Shown here: piece by piece, positions 1 through 8,888 of the stretch
Position numbering within the stretch: position 1 is the stretch's first letter
Layout: each line of letters starts with the position of its first letter
Origin: a virus
Length of the DNA stretch: 64,000 nt
Virus record (IMG/VR): IMGVR_UViG_3300036820_000004
Location: 32,001-96,000 of that record
Strand: one strand, 5' to 3'
Program-made: the position numbers and the translations under genes
Notes under the pieces: model-generated
What the model was told of the DNA's origin: nothing
Databases searched by the model: none
Seen by the model: only the letters and a program-made list of their open reading frames with translations

Positions 1-25
1 CCCTCACTCTCGCCGGGGGGCTGGC

Positions 26-178
26 ATGATCGCCGTTCTCGCTGCCGCGCATGTCTGCGGGCAGGGCTGCCAGTCGGTGAACGACTTCCGCAAGGCCGGC
101 CCGCTCGGGGCCATCGAGGGCGTCGCGATCCTGCTCATCTTGTACGGCGTGACCTTCGGCCGGAAGCGGAGGTCGTGA
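26..178 (+). CDS. small membrane protein
   Basis: Translated by hand: MIAVLAAAHVCG...AILLILYGVTFGRKRRS; hydrophobic stretch with basic tail; stop overlaps the next start. Confidence 0.5.
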   Translation: MIAVLAAAHVCGQGCQSVNDFRKAGPLGAIEGVAILLILYGVTFGRKRRS

Positions 179-420
179 TGGGCGGACTGACAGCGGTGTG
201 CCTGGACTGCGGCCGGCCGTACTTTCTCGCCGAAGGCCATGCCTGCACAAGTCCCGCCGGGGCCAGCGCAACGGGTGGCCGCGCGCTGGTCCCGGCGGCC
301 AGCCTCCCGGATGGCACCGCGCATCCTGGCCCGTTCCTCGCGGAGCGCGGCTGGATAGTCATCGGCGGTATTTACCGCCGTGCCACGGGTCCCGGCGATG
401 GCGAGGAGGCCGTAGCGTGA
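175..420 (+). CDS. hypothetical protein
   Basis: ORF with overlapping start/stop codons on both sides; CxxC motif. Confidence 0.5.
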   Translation: MMGGLTAVCLDCGRPYFLAEGHACTSPAGASATGGRALVPAASLPDGTAHPGPFLAERGWIVIGGIYRRATGPGDGEEAVA

Positions 421-521
421 ACATCCTCGCCATCGCGTTCCTGGTCGTGTTTGTCCTGTCGGCGCTGGGTTTCCTGCGCGTCCGCCAAGTCACGCGCCGG
501 GTCAGCAGGGGGCACTGGTGA
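417..521 (+). CDS. small membrane peptide
   Basis: GTGA-coupled ORF VNILAIAFLVVFVLSALGFLRVRQ...; one TM helix and basic tail. Confidence 0.5.
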   Translation: MNILAIAFLVVFVLSALGFLRVRQVTRRVSRGHW

Positions 522-1012
522 AGGGGCGTGCCTTCGTGGTCTCGGCCGCTATCGGCGGCCTGGTCCTGGCTGGCTACAGCAGGCAGGGCAGTACCGCGAC
601 GGGCGCAGTCGAGCCCCAGTCTCTTGCTGCCATCCCGGTCGGCGGTTCCTACACCCCCGCATCGTGGGCGTCAGCGTTCCTCGGCGTGATCGGCGAGCCG
701 GATACCTCATGCAATCAGGCTGCGGTTGAGGCGTGGGCGGCCGCCGAGGGTGGTGCGTGGGGCGGCGACGGGGCGACCGCGAATCCCTTGAATACGACCC
801 AGCCCGAGTCCGGTGACTGGTCGATCAACCCGGTCGGTGTCAAGGCGTACCCGTCGTGGCAGGAGGGCCTGCAAGCTAATGCCACGGCCATCACCAATGG
901 TTTGTATGGCGGGGTTCTCGCAGCGCTGAGGGCCGGGAACAACGCTCAGGCGGTGGCCGATGCCGTCAGCGCCTCCCCCTGGGGCACGTCCAGTTTCGAG
1001 GTGAGCTGCTAA
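518..1012 (+). CDS. exported lysozyme-like / peptidoglycan hydrolase-like protein
   Basis: N-terminal signal or anchor; W..AEGG...NPLNTTQ...GVKAY.SW.EG..A motif seen in actinobacterial lysozyme-like domains. Confidence 0.55.
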   Translation: MKGRAFVVSAAIGGLVLAGYSRQGSTATGAVEPQSLAAIPVGGSYTPASWASAFLGVIGEPDTSCNQAAVEAWAAAEGGAWGGDGATANPLNTTQPESGDWSINPVGVKAYPSWQEGLQANATAITNGLYGGVLAALRAGNNAQAVADAVSASPWGTSSFEVSC

Positions 1013-1191
1013 TGAGCATCCTCGGTGCCGCGCCGCTGATCGCAGGCCGGCCGCCGCTCCTGGTGCTCGGCTGCGGGGTCGCCGCCCTGGTGAGCACCCT
1101 GGCCTTGTTCTCCCGGGACACCGGTCCCGGCCGCCATGTCCTGGCGGTTGCCCTGATCGGCGCCGCTGTCATCGTCTTCGCCCTCTCGTAA
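1012..1191 (+). CDS. small two-TM membrane protein
   Basis: TAATG coupling; MSILGAAPLIAG...VALIGAAVIVFALS. Confidence 0.5.
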   Translation: MSILGAAPLIAGRPPLLVLGCGVAALVSTLALFSRDTGPGRHVLAVALIGAAVIVFALS

Positions 1192-1215
1192 CCCGTCACC
1201 GAAAGGAAACCCGCA

Positions 1216-1410
1216 ATGCCGAACCACATCATCGCAGCCGGGCTGAACAACCCGGCCAGCAACTGGCTGAGCCAGTGGAAGGGCGGCTGGGACTCAACTC
1301 CGTCGACCTCCGTGGCGTCTGGCAGCACCAGCCACACCGGCCTGATCATGCTCGTCCTGATCATGCTCGTCGTCGCAGTCTTGGCCGGCCTGAAGAAGAT
1401 CGCGAGCTAG
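1216..1410 (+). CDS. small membrane protein
   Basis: RBS GAAAGGA; C-terminal TM helix. Confidence 0.6.
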   Translation: MPNHIIAAGLNNPASNWLSQWKGGWDSTPSTSVASGSTSHTGLIMLVLIMLVVAVLAGLKKIAS

Positions 1411-1423
1411 GAGCACCCCTGTC

Positions 1424-2023
1424 ATGAGCCTGCTCACCCTGCGCCTGCGGGAAGACCGCGGCGAAGAAGAGGCCCCGCAGCCGGTCCCGGTCACGGTGGC
1501 TGAGCCGGAGGCTGCCGTGGCGTCCCCGGACGGAGAGGTGAGCAAGCACATGCCGTTGTTCGCCGTGATCCGCCACACTTTCCGGGTCGCCCGCCGCCGC
1601 GCGAAGGACATCTCGGACCGCGAGGGCGGGTGGGTTAACGGCGCCCTCGCGGGCAAGCCGCCGTCGGTCAACGAGCAGCGGGATTACCGGGCGAACCGCA
1701 GGTGGCTTGAGCCGGGCCACGAGAACGGCATCGCCGACAGGTTCGGCGACGGCTACCACGTGGCGATCGGGATCCCGGGCGTTGCAGTCGGCGACTTCGT
1801 GTCGTGGCTGTTCGCCCGGCCGTTCCGGTTCATCTGGGGCGTGATCATCTTCACGGTCCTGAGCCTGTTCGTGCTCGAGGTCACGCGGTCGCTGACCGGG
1901 CTGACGGCCCGGGGCAGCGTCCTGGCTGCCGTGCTGCCCGCGCTGCTGGTCACCGGTTACTGGGGCGTGGTCACAGGCCTGCTGGCCTTGCGGCGCTTCA
2001 TCGGGCAGCGGGGGGCCGAGTAG
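1424..2023 (+). CDS. membrane protein
   Basis: RBS AGGAG; 2-3 TM helices in the C-terminal half. Confidence 0.7.
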   Translation: MSLLTLRLREDRGEEEAPQPVPVTVAEPEAAVASPDGEVSKHMPLFAVIRHTFRVARRRAKDISDREGGWVNGALAGKPPSVNEQRDYRANRRWLEPGHENGIADRFGDGYHVAIGIPGVAVGDFVSWLFARPFRFIWGVIIFTVLSLFVLEVTRSLTGLTARGSVLAAVLPALLVTGYWGVVTGLLALRRFIGQRGAE

Positions 2024-2175
2024 TGACCTATCTCGCCCCCGAGTTCCTCGTCTGCGTAGTCGTGGGAGCAATCGTCCTGACCGGAAGGCGCGGCAGCGCG
2101 TGGCGAGCACTATGTGTCCTCCTCGTCATCGCCGATGTCTTCTGGGCCGTGCATTCCATCGCGGCTCACCACTGA
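2023..2175 (+). CDS. small membrane protein
   Basis: GTG start coupled to previous stop; VTYLAPEFLVCVVVGAIVL..., two hydrophobic segments. Confidence 0.5.
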   Translation: MTYLAPEFLVCVVVGAIVLTGRRGSAWRALCVLLVIADVFWAVHSIAAHH

Positions 2176-2188
2176 GAGAAGGAAGATC

Positions 2189-2908
2189 ATGAAGGGACTC
2201 GCCGGCGACCCGCTGGCCTGGTCGCTGCTGACCGGGGCTTTCGGCTTCCTGCTGTGGGCCTACGAGCACCACTTCCAGCGGTTCACCCTGTGGCTGTTCG
2301 CCGCGTCGGCGGCGTTCGCGGTCGCGGGCATCCCCAGCTGGAGGGATGCGCTGGCCGGGCTGACCATCACGGGGGGCGGCCTGACTGTCCTCGGTGTGCT
2401 GGTCATGGTGTTCGGGCCCGCGTTCCACTTCTCGGCGGTCCGTTCCGCGAAAGGTACCCGGCTGAGCCGCATTCTGAAGGGGAAGGGCAAGGGGAAGGAC
2501 AAAGGCCAGCCGGGTACCGCGCTGGCCCTGATGGGCAGCAGCGCACCTAAGCGCAACCGCTACCACCGCACGTTCTCCCCCGCTGTGGCGCTGGTCGCCG
2601 GAACCCTGTTCGCGGTCGTGCTCGGCGGATGGCGGCTGATGGCCGCCGCTGCGGGCAAGTCCCTCGCAGGTGCCGGGGCGGACATGCTCCAGTCCTCGGC
2701 GAAGATCAGCAATGGCACGGCAGCCAAGGGCGTTCCCGCTAGCCACCGGCCGGAACTCCTGCTCATCGGCGTTGTCGTGCTGATCGTCTTCTTCTTCATC
2801 CTGCGTGCGATCGAGAAGGCCAAGCGCGGCGCCCAGAACAAGAACCAGCGCGGCGGCGGCGCCCCTCGTGGTGCCATACGCGCCCAGATCGCCGGGAGGA
2901 ACGGGTAA
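2189..2908 (+). CDS. multi-TM membrane protein (Spd-like context)
   Basis: ATG after AGGAAG; about five TM helices; directly upstream of the FtsK gene. Confidence 0.7.
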   Translation: MKGLAGDPLAWSLLTGAFGFLLWAYEHHFQRFTLWLFAASAAFAVAGIPSWRDALAGLTITGGGLTVLGVLVMVFGPAFHFSAVRSAKGTRLSRILKGKGKGKDKGQPGTALALMGSSAPKRNRYHRTFSPAVALVAGTLFAVVLGGWRLMAAAAGKSLAGAGADMLQSSAKISNGTAAKGVPASHRPELLLIGVVVLIVFFFILRAIEKAKRGAQNKNQRGGGAPRGAIRAQIAGRNG

Positions 2909-4900
2909 ATGACCGCGCCCCAGCCCGCCGAGGAAGCCCGCGCCTTCTGGACCCGTCACCACAACCTCCTGGTGCCGGTCATCTGGATGGCCCTGGCCGA
3001 CCTGACCGCGCTCGCCGCCTACTACTGGGCGACTGGCGGCCGGGCGCTCCTGGTGTGGCTGGCGGCCATGATCATCGTCGCCGTCCGCTCGGAGTGGCGC
3101 CGAAGGGACGCCCGCGAAGGCCACGACCGCGCTCGCCTCTCACTCCTCCTCGGCGCGCTCTGGCTCCTGCTCGCCTGCGTCGCCGGCCCGTCCGCCCTGG
3201 ACGGCGCCCTGCAAGTCCTGCTGATCGGCGGGGGCACCATACTGGCCGCGCCGCACCTGCACGGCAGCAAGATCCGCCCGGCCGGGCACCGTACCCTGCG
3301 TGCCCGCCTCGCCCGCGACACCCGGCCCGGGGCGACACAGGGGCGTGCCCCGGACCTGGACGTCACCGACGCCAGGCCCTATGAGACCCCTGTCGTCACT
3401 GGCGAGGTCGTCAAGGACAAGCCCGGCGATGTTTACACGCCGCCCGGTGCCAGCGTCCTGCAGTCCGGGCCCGCACCGCAGAAGCGCACCAGGGCGGGGG
3501 ATGACATCGCCGCCGCGTTCAACGAAGTGCTCGGGCAGTTCAATGTGAACGCCGCTGTCACCCGCCAGGTCCGCGGCCCGGCCGTGACCCGGTACGAGAT
3601 CGAACTGGGCCCCGGCGTCCGCGTGGAACGGGTCACGAACCTGGTCAAGAACTTCGGCTACGCCGCCAAGACCGGCAACGTGCGGATCCTCGCCCCGGTC
3701 GAAGGCCAGTCCGCTGTCGGCGTCGAAGTGCCCAACGCGGACCGGGAAGTGGTCCGCCTCGGCGACGTGCTCCGCTCCCCGGCCGCGCTCGCCGACAACC
3801 ATCCGCTGCTAGCCGGGCTGGGTAAGAGCGTCGAAGGCGAGTTCGTGCTGGCCAACCTCGCGAAGATGCCGCACCTGCTCATGGCCGGGGCGACTGGCTC
3901 GGGTAAGAGCTCGGAACTGAATGCCCTGATCGTGTCCGTCTTGTCGCGGGCCACCCCGGACCAGGTGCGGATGATCCTGATCGACCCCAAGCGCGTCGAA
4001 CTGGCCGCCTACGCGACGATCCCGCATCTGCTGACCCCGATCATTACCGAGCCGGTGAAGGCCGCCGAGGCGCTCCAGTGGGTGGTGGGCGAGATGGGCC
4101 GCCGCTACGACGACCTCGCCTATGCCGGGCTCAAGCACATCGACGACTTCAACCTGAACGCCGCCGCCGGGAAGGTCATCCGCGACGGGCAGGTCCTGGA
4201 GCCGTATCACTACCTGCTGATCATCGTGGACGAACTGGCCGACCTGATGATGGTGGCCCCGCGCGACGTGGAGGACTCCGTCGTGCGGATCACCCAGCTG
4301 GCCCGCGCGGCTGGTATCCACCTGGTGCTGGCGACGCAGCGGCCGTCCGTGGACGTGGTGACGGGGCTGATCAAGGCCAACGTCCCGTCGCGGCTGGCGT
4401 TCGAGACGGCGTCGCTGACCGATTCGCGGGTGATCCTGGACCAGCCGGGCGCGGAGAAACTCACCGGCCAGGGCGACGCCTTGTTCCTGCCGGCGGGCAC
4501 GTCACGGCCGGTGCGGTTGCAGGGGGCGTTTGTCAGCGAGGCGGAGATCCGCGAGGTCGTGCGGCAGGTGAACGCGCAGAGCCCTGCTTACCGGGACGAG
4601 CCGCAGATGCAGCCCGCCCGTTCCGCCGGCGATGACACCGGCGGGGACGTGGACCTGCTGGAGAAGGCCGCGGAGATGGTGGTGTCCACGCAGTTCGGGT
4701 CGGTGTCGATGCTGCAGCGCAAACTGCGGCTCGGTTTCGCGAAGGCCGGGCGGCTGATGGACGTGCTCGAGGCGCGGGGGGTCGTGGGACCGGCTGACGG
4801 GTCGAAGGCCAGGGATGTCCTGGTCGCCCCTGCTGACCTTCCTGAGCTGCTGGAGCGCCTGCGGTATCCCGCGAGCGCTGAACTGGAGGATGCCCGATGA
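2909..4900 (+). CDS. FtsK/SpoIIIE-family DNA translocase (TraB-like context)
   Basis: N-terminal TMs; Walker [17 protein letters not shown], Walker [24 protein letters not shown]; gamma w[24 protein letters not shown]. Confidence 0.95.
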   Translation: MTAPQPAEEARAFWTRHHNLLVPVIWMALADLTALAAYYWATGGRALLVWLAAMIIVAVRSEWRRRDAREGHDRARLSLLLGALWLLLACVAGPSALDGALQVLLIGGGTILAAPHLHGSKIRPAGHRTLRARLARDTRPGATQGRAPDLDVTDARPYETPVVTGEVVKDKPGDVYTPPGASVLQSGPAPQKRTRAGDDIAAAFNEVLGQFNVNAAVTRQVRGPAVTRYEIELGPGVRVERVTNLVKNFGYAAKTGNVRILAPVEGQSAVGVEVPNADREVVRLGDVLRSPAALADNHPLLAGLGKSVEGEFVLANLAKMPHLLMAGATGSGKSSELNALIVSVLSRATPDQVRMILIDPKRVELAAYATIPHLLTPIITEPVKAAEALQWVVGEMGRRYDDLAYAGLKHIDDFNLNAAAGKVIRDGQVLEPYHYLLIIVDELADLMMVAPRDVEDSVVRITQLARAAGIHLVLATQRPSVDVVTGLIKANVPSRLAFETASLTDSRVILDQPGAEKLTGQGDALFLPAGTSRPVRLQGAFVSEAEIREVVRQVNAQSPAYRDEPQMQPARSAGDDTGGDVDLLEKAAEMVVSTQFGSVSMLQRKLRLGFAKAGRLMDVLEARGVVGPADGSKARDVLVAPADLPELLERLRYPASAELEDAR

Positions 4901-5054
4901 CCGCAGACCAGAGTTGGGGCGCCGCCAAGGCCGCAGTCGGTACCGCGCGCTGCCCGCACTGCCTGACGCTGCTGCTTGGAGCGTCCCTGCAGAACAGCCT
5001 GTACTGCGTGACCTGTGATGACCTGATCCACAAGACAGAGTGGGTGCTTGACGC

Positions 5055-5324
5055 ATGAGCGGCGAGAGTCAGCACCCCACCAGCCGCAAGGCGGTCGCCC
5101 TGACCGGCCTCGGCGTCCTCATCTGCGCTGCCGCGTGGATTCACAACCAGGGCCAGCACGCCCCCGCCGCAGTGCAGAAGCAGGTGGTCGTGGTCCACGA
5201 CACGGTAACCAAGGTCATCCAGCAGCACTCGGCGCTGACCAGCGGCGACAAGACAGCCATCGCCATTGTCGCTGTCGTTCTCGCGTTCGGTGTCCTGTGC
5301 GCGATCTTCATGAGGAGCAACTGA
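5055..5324 (+). CDS. small membrane protein
   Basis: Two hydrophobic helices; coupled to the next ORF. Confidence 0.6.
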   Translation: MSGESQHPTSRKAVALTGLGVLICAAAWIHNQGQHAPAAVQKQVVVVHDTVTKVIQQHSALTSGDKTAIAIVAVVLAFGVLCAIFMRSN

Positions 5325-5626
5325 TGGGCGTCCGTCTTGCTGCCGCTGGCCTGGCAGTCGCAGGCGTCGCTGCCGTGGCGACGAACATGGGCTACGGCCC
5401 GGTGGCCAGCAGCCACCTGTTCGCCCCGTCGCCGCAGATCACCTGTACCTCACCCGACCATCCCGTCATCGCCTGGTACCCGGATTCCGCGCCCCAGGTG
5501 CAGGACGGCTACGGCGGTGGCTCCAAGGATGTCTACCCGGGCGAGGTGAACGCCGTGCGCTGGCTGGGCTGGACCGGCATCGCCGGCTGCGGTGAGTCGC
5601 TCACCATCCACACCGGGGCGCGCTGA
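5324..5626 (+). CDS. putative secreted protein
   Basis: TGATG coupling; signal-like MGVRLAAAGLAVAGVAAVA; two Cys. Confidence 0.55.
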   Translation: MGVRLAAAGLAVAGVAAVATNMGYGPVASSHLFAPSPQITCTSPDHPVIAWYPDSAPQVQDGYGGGSKDVYPGEVNAVRWLGWTGIAGCGESLTIHTGAR

Positions 5627-5931
5627 TGCGCGGCCGCCTGGAACGTGCCGAACGCCGCGCCTACCTGTACGAGGACGAGGCCCGCGGCCACCTGAAAGCC
5701 CGGGACGCGCGCATGGCCGTCAACGTCGTCGTCGCCCACCTGCAGAGCGCGCTGTCGAAGGAGATGCGTCACGGCAGCGAGCGCGGCCTGCGGGTGAGCG
5801 CGCTCGTGGCCGGGATCATCGAGCATCTGGCGAGGGCTGTCCCCGGCGCCGACGCGGGCGGTACTGGCCGCCCGGCCCTGGCCGAGCTGATGGACCTGTT
5901 CGATAAGGGGCTCGCTGATGGCGGCGCGTGA
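5626..5931 (+). CDS. hypothetical protein
   Basis: TGATG coupling; high-GC codon usage. Confidence 0.6.
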   Translation: MRGRLERAERRAYLYEDEARGHLKARDARMAVNVVVAHLQSALSKEMRHGSERGLRVSALVAGIIEHLARAVPGADAGGTGRPALAELMDLFDKGLADGGA

Positions 5932-6118
5932 CCCCTCCCCTGCCGGCCGCCGGCCCCGGCGAGGTGACCCCCATACGTCCGTATGCGCGCATGCACATGC
6001 ACGTTGCGTGACACGCGTGCGTGATTGTACACCTTCCCCGGACCTTCCCCCGGTTTCCCCGCGCCGCTGACCTGCGTAAACACCTAAATCCCCCGACTTT
6101 CCCAGGAGACCCGAGAAG

Positions 6119-7033
6119 ATGAGCGTCATGACTGCCGGAAACCCCGCGCACCGGAAGAAGGCCGCAGGGAAGGGCGAGGGCACGGTGGCCGCCTGGGCTG
6201 TCCTGCTCGGCATGGGCGGTACCACCGTCACCTACAACATCTTCCACGCCGTTCACCACGGGCCGATGCCGAAGTCGCTGACCCTGGGCCTGGCGCTACT
6301 GTACGGCATCGCGCCCGTCTTCGCCGCGATGTGCCTGTCCCACCTTGTCGCCGTCCGCAAGGGCGACAAGGTTATGCAGAGGCTGGCGTTCGCAGTGATG
6401 CTGGGTGCGATGGCGCTGTCGATCGGCGCGGTCGGCGCGGTGGTCAAGCCGGTCGCCGGCCCGTACTTCTGCTGGGTGTTCGGCGCCGTTCTCGATGCGG
6501 CGGCGCTCCTCGCGCTGCGTATGATCCTCGGCGGATACCAGCGGAAGGCCGACGAGGCTACCGCGCTCGAGATCGCCGAGACTGCTGCCGCTGACGCGTG
6601 CCGGGAAGCCGGTACGGCTCGCCAGGAGGCAGCCGACGTGGCCGGTAAGGCGTCCGCACTTGAGACGGAACTGGCGGCCGTACGCGCTGCACTGGAGGCG
6701 GAACGAGCACGCCGGGTTCCGCCCCGGAAGCAGCGCCGCGGTTCCGGGCGCAAGGCGCCCGGAACCGGGACCCGGAACCGGGCGCCCGTGCCGCCCGGAA
6801 CTACCGCCCCGGAACCGGTGCCTGATATTGACGCCGAGATAAGGACCGACTTGCGGATCATGGAACTCGTCGCGGAGGGGCACAGTGCCTCGGAGGCGGG
6901 CATCCTGGCGGGCGCGAGCGACAGCTACGGGCGGCAGGTGGTCCGGATGGCGAAGGCCGCCAGGACCGAGCCTGCGGGCGATGAGCGCACCGACGGGGAT
7001 ATGGCCACGGGCGAGCAGCCCCGGGTCCAGTGA
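6119..7033 (+). CDS. Spd-like (DUF2637-like) membrane protein with coiled coil and C-terminal HTH
   Basis: RBS AGGAG; 4 TMs, then Ala/Glu coiled coil, Pro-rich linker and HTH-like tail, the architecture of Streptomyces spread proteins. Confidence 0.6.
   Translation: MSVMTAGNPAHRKKAAGKGEGTVAAWAVLLGMGGTTVTYNIFHAVHHGPMPKSLTLGLALLYGIAPVFAAMCLSHLVAVRKGDKVMQRLAFAVMLGAMALSIGAVGAVVKPVAGPYFCWVFGAVLDAAALLALRMILGGYQRKADEATALEIAETAAADACREAGTARQEAADVAGKASALETELAAVRAALEAERARRVPPRKQRRGSGRKAPGTGTRNRAPVPPGTTAPEPVPDIDAEIRTDLRIMELVAEGHSASEAGILAGASDSYGRQVVRMAKAARTEPAGDERTDGDMATGEQPRVQ
6723..6815. repeat. cluster of 8-bp CCCGGAAC repeats (clt/TRS-like)
   Basis: Direct copies at 6758, 6771, 6794, 6808; inverted copy at 6741; one-mismatch copy at 6723; spacings 13/23/14 are out of codon phase. 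Confidence 0.7.
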
Positions 7034-7038
7034 GAGGA

Positions 7039-7301
7039 TGCCGGGTATGCGAAGCGTGCTCCCCGATAACCACAAGGTAGAGACGTGGCATGAACTGTGC
7101 CTGGCGCTCGGCGGCGACGTGACCTCGTTCACGGGCGACCTGCTGCGGCTGATCGCCAAGGCTGATCCCGGGAACCGCGCACGGCTGCGCGCAGGCTTCC
7201 CGAAGCACGTGGCGGCGTGGGAGGCGTGGCAGGCAGCCGACCCGGGAGCCTTGACTGCGGGTGAGCTTCAGGCCGCACTCAGGGCCGTCCCGGATCTGTA
7301 A
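7039..7301 (+). CDS. hypothetical protein
   Basis: ATG after GAGAGG; SFTGDLLRLIAKADPGNRARLRAGFP resembles a small phage protein family. Confidence 0.55.
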
Positions 7302-7399
7302 GGAACACGCCGCTAGTCAAACTAGCCCCTGCTGTTGGAACTCGTCTCCTCGTGGCTCTACGCTCCTCTGCATTACTCCGGTAGCCGGGAGGCGGGGAC

Positions 7400-8506
7400 A
7401 TGGCTCAGCGGGAACGGTACTGGGTACACGGTCAGCCGGAGGTCAGCACCGAGGAGGAAGAAGGCCGTGCCTGCGCTCAGGGCACCTGGTGCGCCTCGCC
7501 GGTCCTGATACGCCAGGAAGACGGCACCTACCGGCGCGAGCCGCGCCCGGGCCCGAGAGCGTTCTGCGACCGGGACCGGGAGATCATCCGGGACAGGCTC
7601 GGCGAGCTCCCCGAAGGCTACGGCAGGCTCGGCGAGGAGATGCAAGAACTGCGCCGGGCGGGTGGCAGCAACCTGCGGATGCCGTTCGGCCCGTCGCTGC
7701 CGCTGCATGAAGGCATCGAGGCGCTGATGCGGGAGATGGCCCGCACCCTGGCCGGCTGGCACGCCCGCGTCGCCGCGGTGGCTAGGCTCACACCGCCCGA
7801 TCCGGAGCTCGTGATCCGCGACGGGAGCAAGGTCGTGGCCCGGGCCGCGGCGGTGCTCTGCGCGGATACGCACATTGACACGCTGCTGGGCCTGGAAGAT
7901 GGCTGGATGACCCGCAGCGTCTCGGTGCCGTTCCGGCATGAGCAGGAGATTGTCCGTGACCCGATCGCCCGGCCGGCGTGGCGTGTCCCGGCGCGTGACT
8001 GGCTGCCGGTGCCCGGCCAGGTCCAGGCCGCGCGTTCCCGTGAACCGCTGCCGCCCGGAATCGCCGAGGAGTACGCGGACTGCGAGATCGTGCATGTCGG
8101 CGCCGACTTCCTCAAGGTCATGAAACAGCCGGGCGGCGAACAGGCTGGCCTGGACATCCTGTCGCTGCACCGCCGCTGCGAGCGCCTCCTCGGTGAGGTC
8201 CGCCAGCACGCGGAGACCCTGGACGGGGTGCCGTGCCGCGAATGCGACGACATGGCCCTTGAGCGCGCCGAGCCGCCGTCGGACCCGTCCCGGCCGGCGA
8301 TGTACTCGGCGTGCGCGTCGTGCCGGGACACGATGACCCTCGCCGAATACCGGCAGTGGTCGGCGTGGTACGCCCGGTGGGCGGACGGCGCGGGCATGGA
8401 ATGCGCCCGCTGCCAGCGCGGATACCACGAGCAGTGTGAGTACAGCGCTCGCGTCTCGGCCCACGGCGGGTGCCGGTGCATGGCGTGCGGTCATCTCGCT
8501 GCCTGA
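7400..8506 (+). CDS. Cys-rich (Zn-binding) phage protein
   Basis: RBS GGGAGG; multiple CxxC pairs; precedes an HTH gene as in actinobacterial prophages. Confidence 0.7.
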   Translation: MAQRERYWVHGQPEVSTEEEEGRACAQGTWCASPVLIRQEDGTYRREPRPGPRAFCDRDREIIRDRLGELPEGYGRLGEEMQELRRAGGSNLRMPFGPSLPLHEGIEALMREMARTLAGWHARVAAVARLTPPDPELVIRDGSKVVARAAAVLCADTHIDTLLGLEDGWMTRSVSVPFRHEQEIVRDPIARPAWRVPARDWLPVPGQVQAARSREPLPPGIAEEYADCEIVHVGADFLKVMKQPGGEQAGLDILSLHRRCERLLGEVRQHAETLDGVPCRECDDMALERAEPPSDPSRPAMYSACASCRDTMTLAEYRQWSAWYARWADGAGMECARCQRGYHEQCEYSARVSAHGGCRCMACGHLAA

Positions 8507-8507
8507 C

Positions 8508-8536
8508 TTGACCGCAGGTCAGTCCAATGCCACACT
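8508..8536 (+). promoter_or_regulatory. sigma70-type promoter candidate
   Basis: TTGACC-17 nt-CACACT in the intergenic gap. Confidence 0.45.
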
Positions 8537-8612
8537 AAAGACGCCTGACACCATTGTGCCCTGGAGCAACTCACGTCCGGGGCACCTTTTTTATGCGCCG
8601 GGGCGGGTGAAC

Positions 8613-8873
8613 ATGCTGGCCACCCGCGGAGACGGGCTCCTGAACACGGCGCAGTCGGCCCAGCTGGTCGGCGTGGAGCCGGCCACGATCCGCTCGTGGC
8701 GCAGCCGCGGGTGGCTGAAACCCCAGGGCCTGGACGAGCGCGGGCGCAAACTGCATTCCCGCGAGGCTGTGCGCACCGCTGACCGCATCGTGCGCGAGAA
8801 CGGGATGCGCACGCCGGTCGGCGATCCGCGGCGCCGGCGCGGGCGTTCCCGCCGCGCGCAGGCCGCTGCCTGA
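8613..8873 (+). CDS. MerR-like HTH DNA-binding protein
   Basis: LLNTAQSAQLVGVEPATIRSWRSRGWL. Confidence 0.75.
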   Translation: MLATRGDGLLNTAQSAQLVGVEPATIRSWRSRGWLKPQGLDERGRKLHSREAVRTADRIVRENGMRTPVGDPRRRRGRSRRAQAAA

Positions 8874-8888
8874 TTCTTGCCCCGTCAC

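Noticed and set aside
59-6175. KOPS-like GGGNAGGG octamers near the FtsK gene
   Set aside because: Only a few scattered copies, expected by chance at this GC content
2126-8494. Long antisense ORFs such as 2126-3124 and 7373-8494 (also 19121-20254, 35417-36559, 51689-52753)
   Set aside because: Shadow frames typical of high-GC DNA with no motifs, unlike 28941-29933, which has clear domains and an RBS
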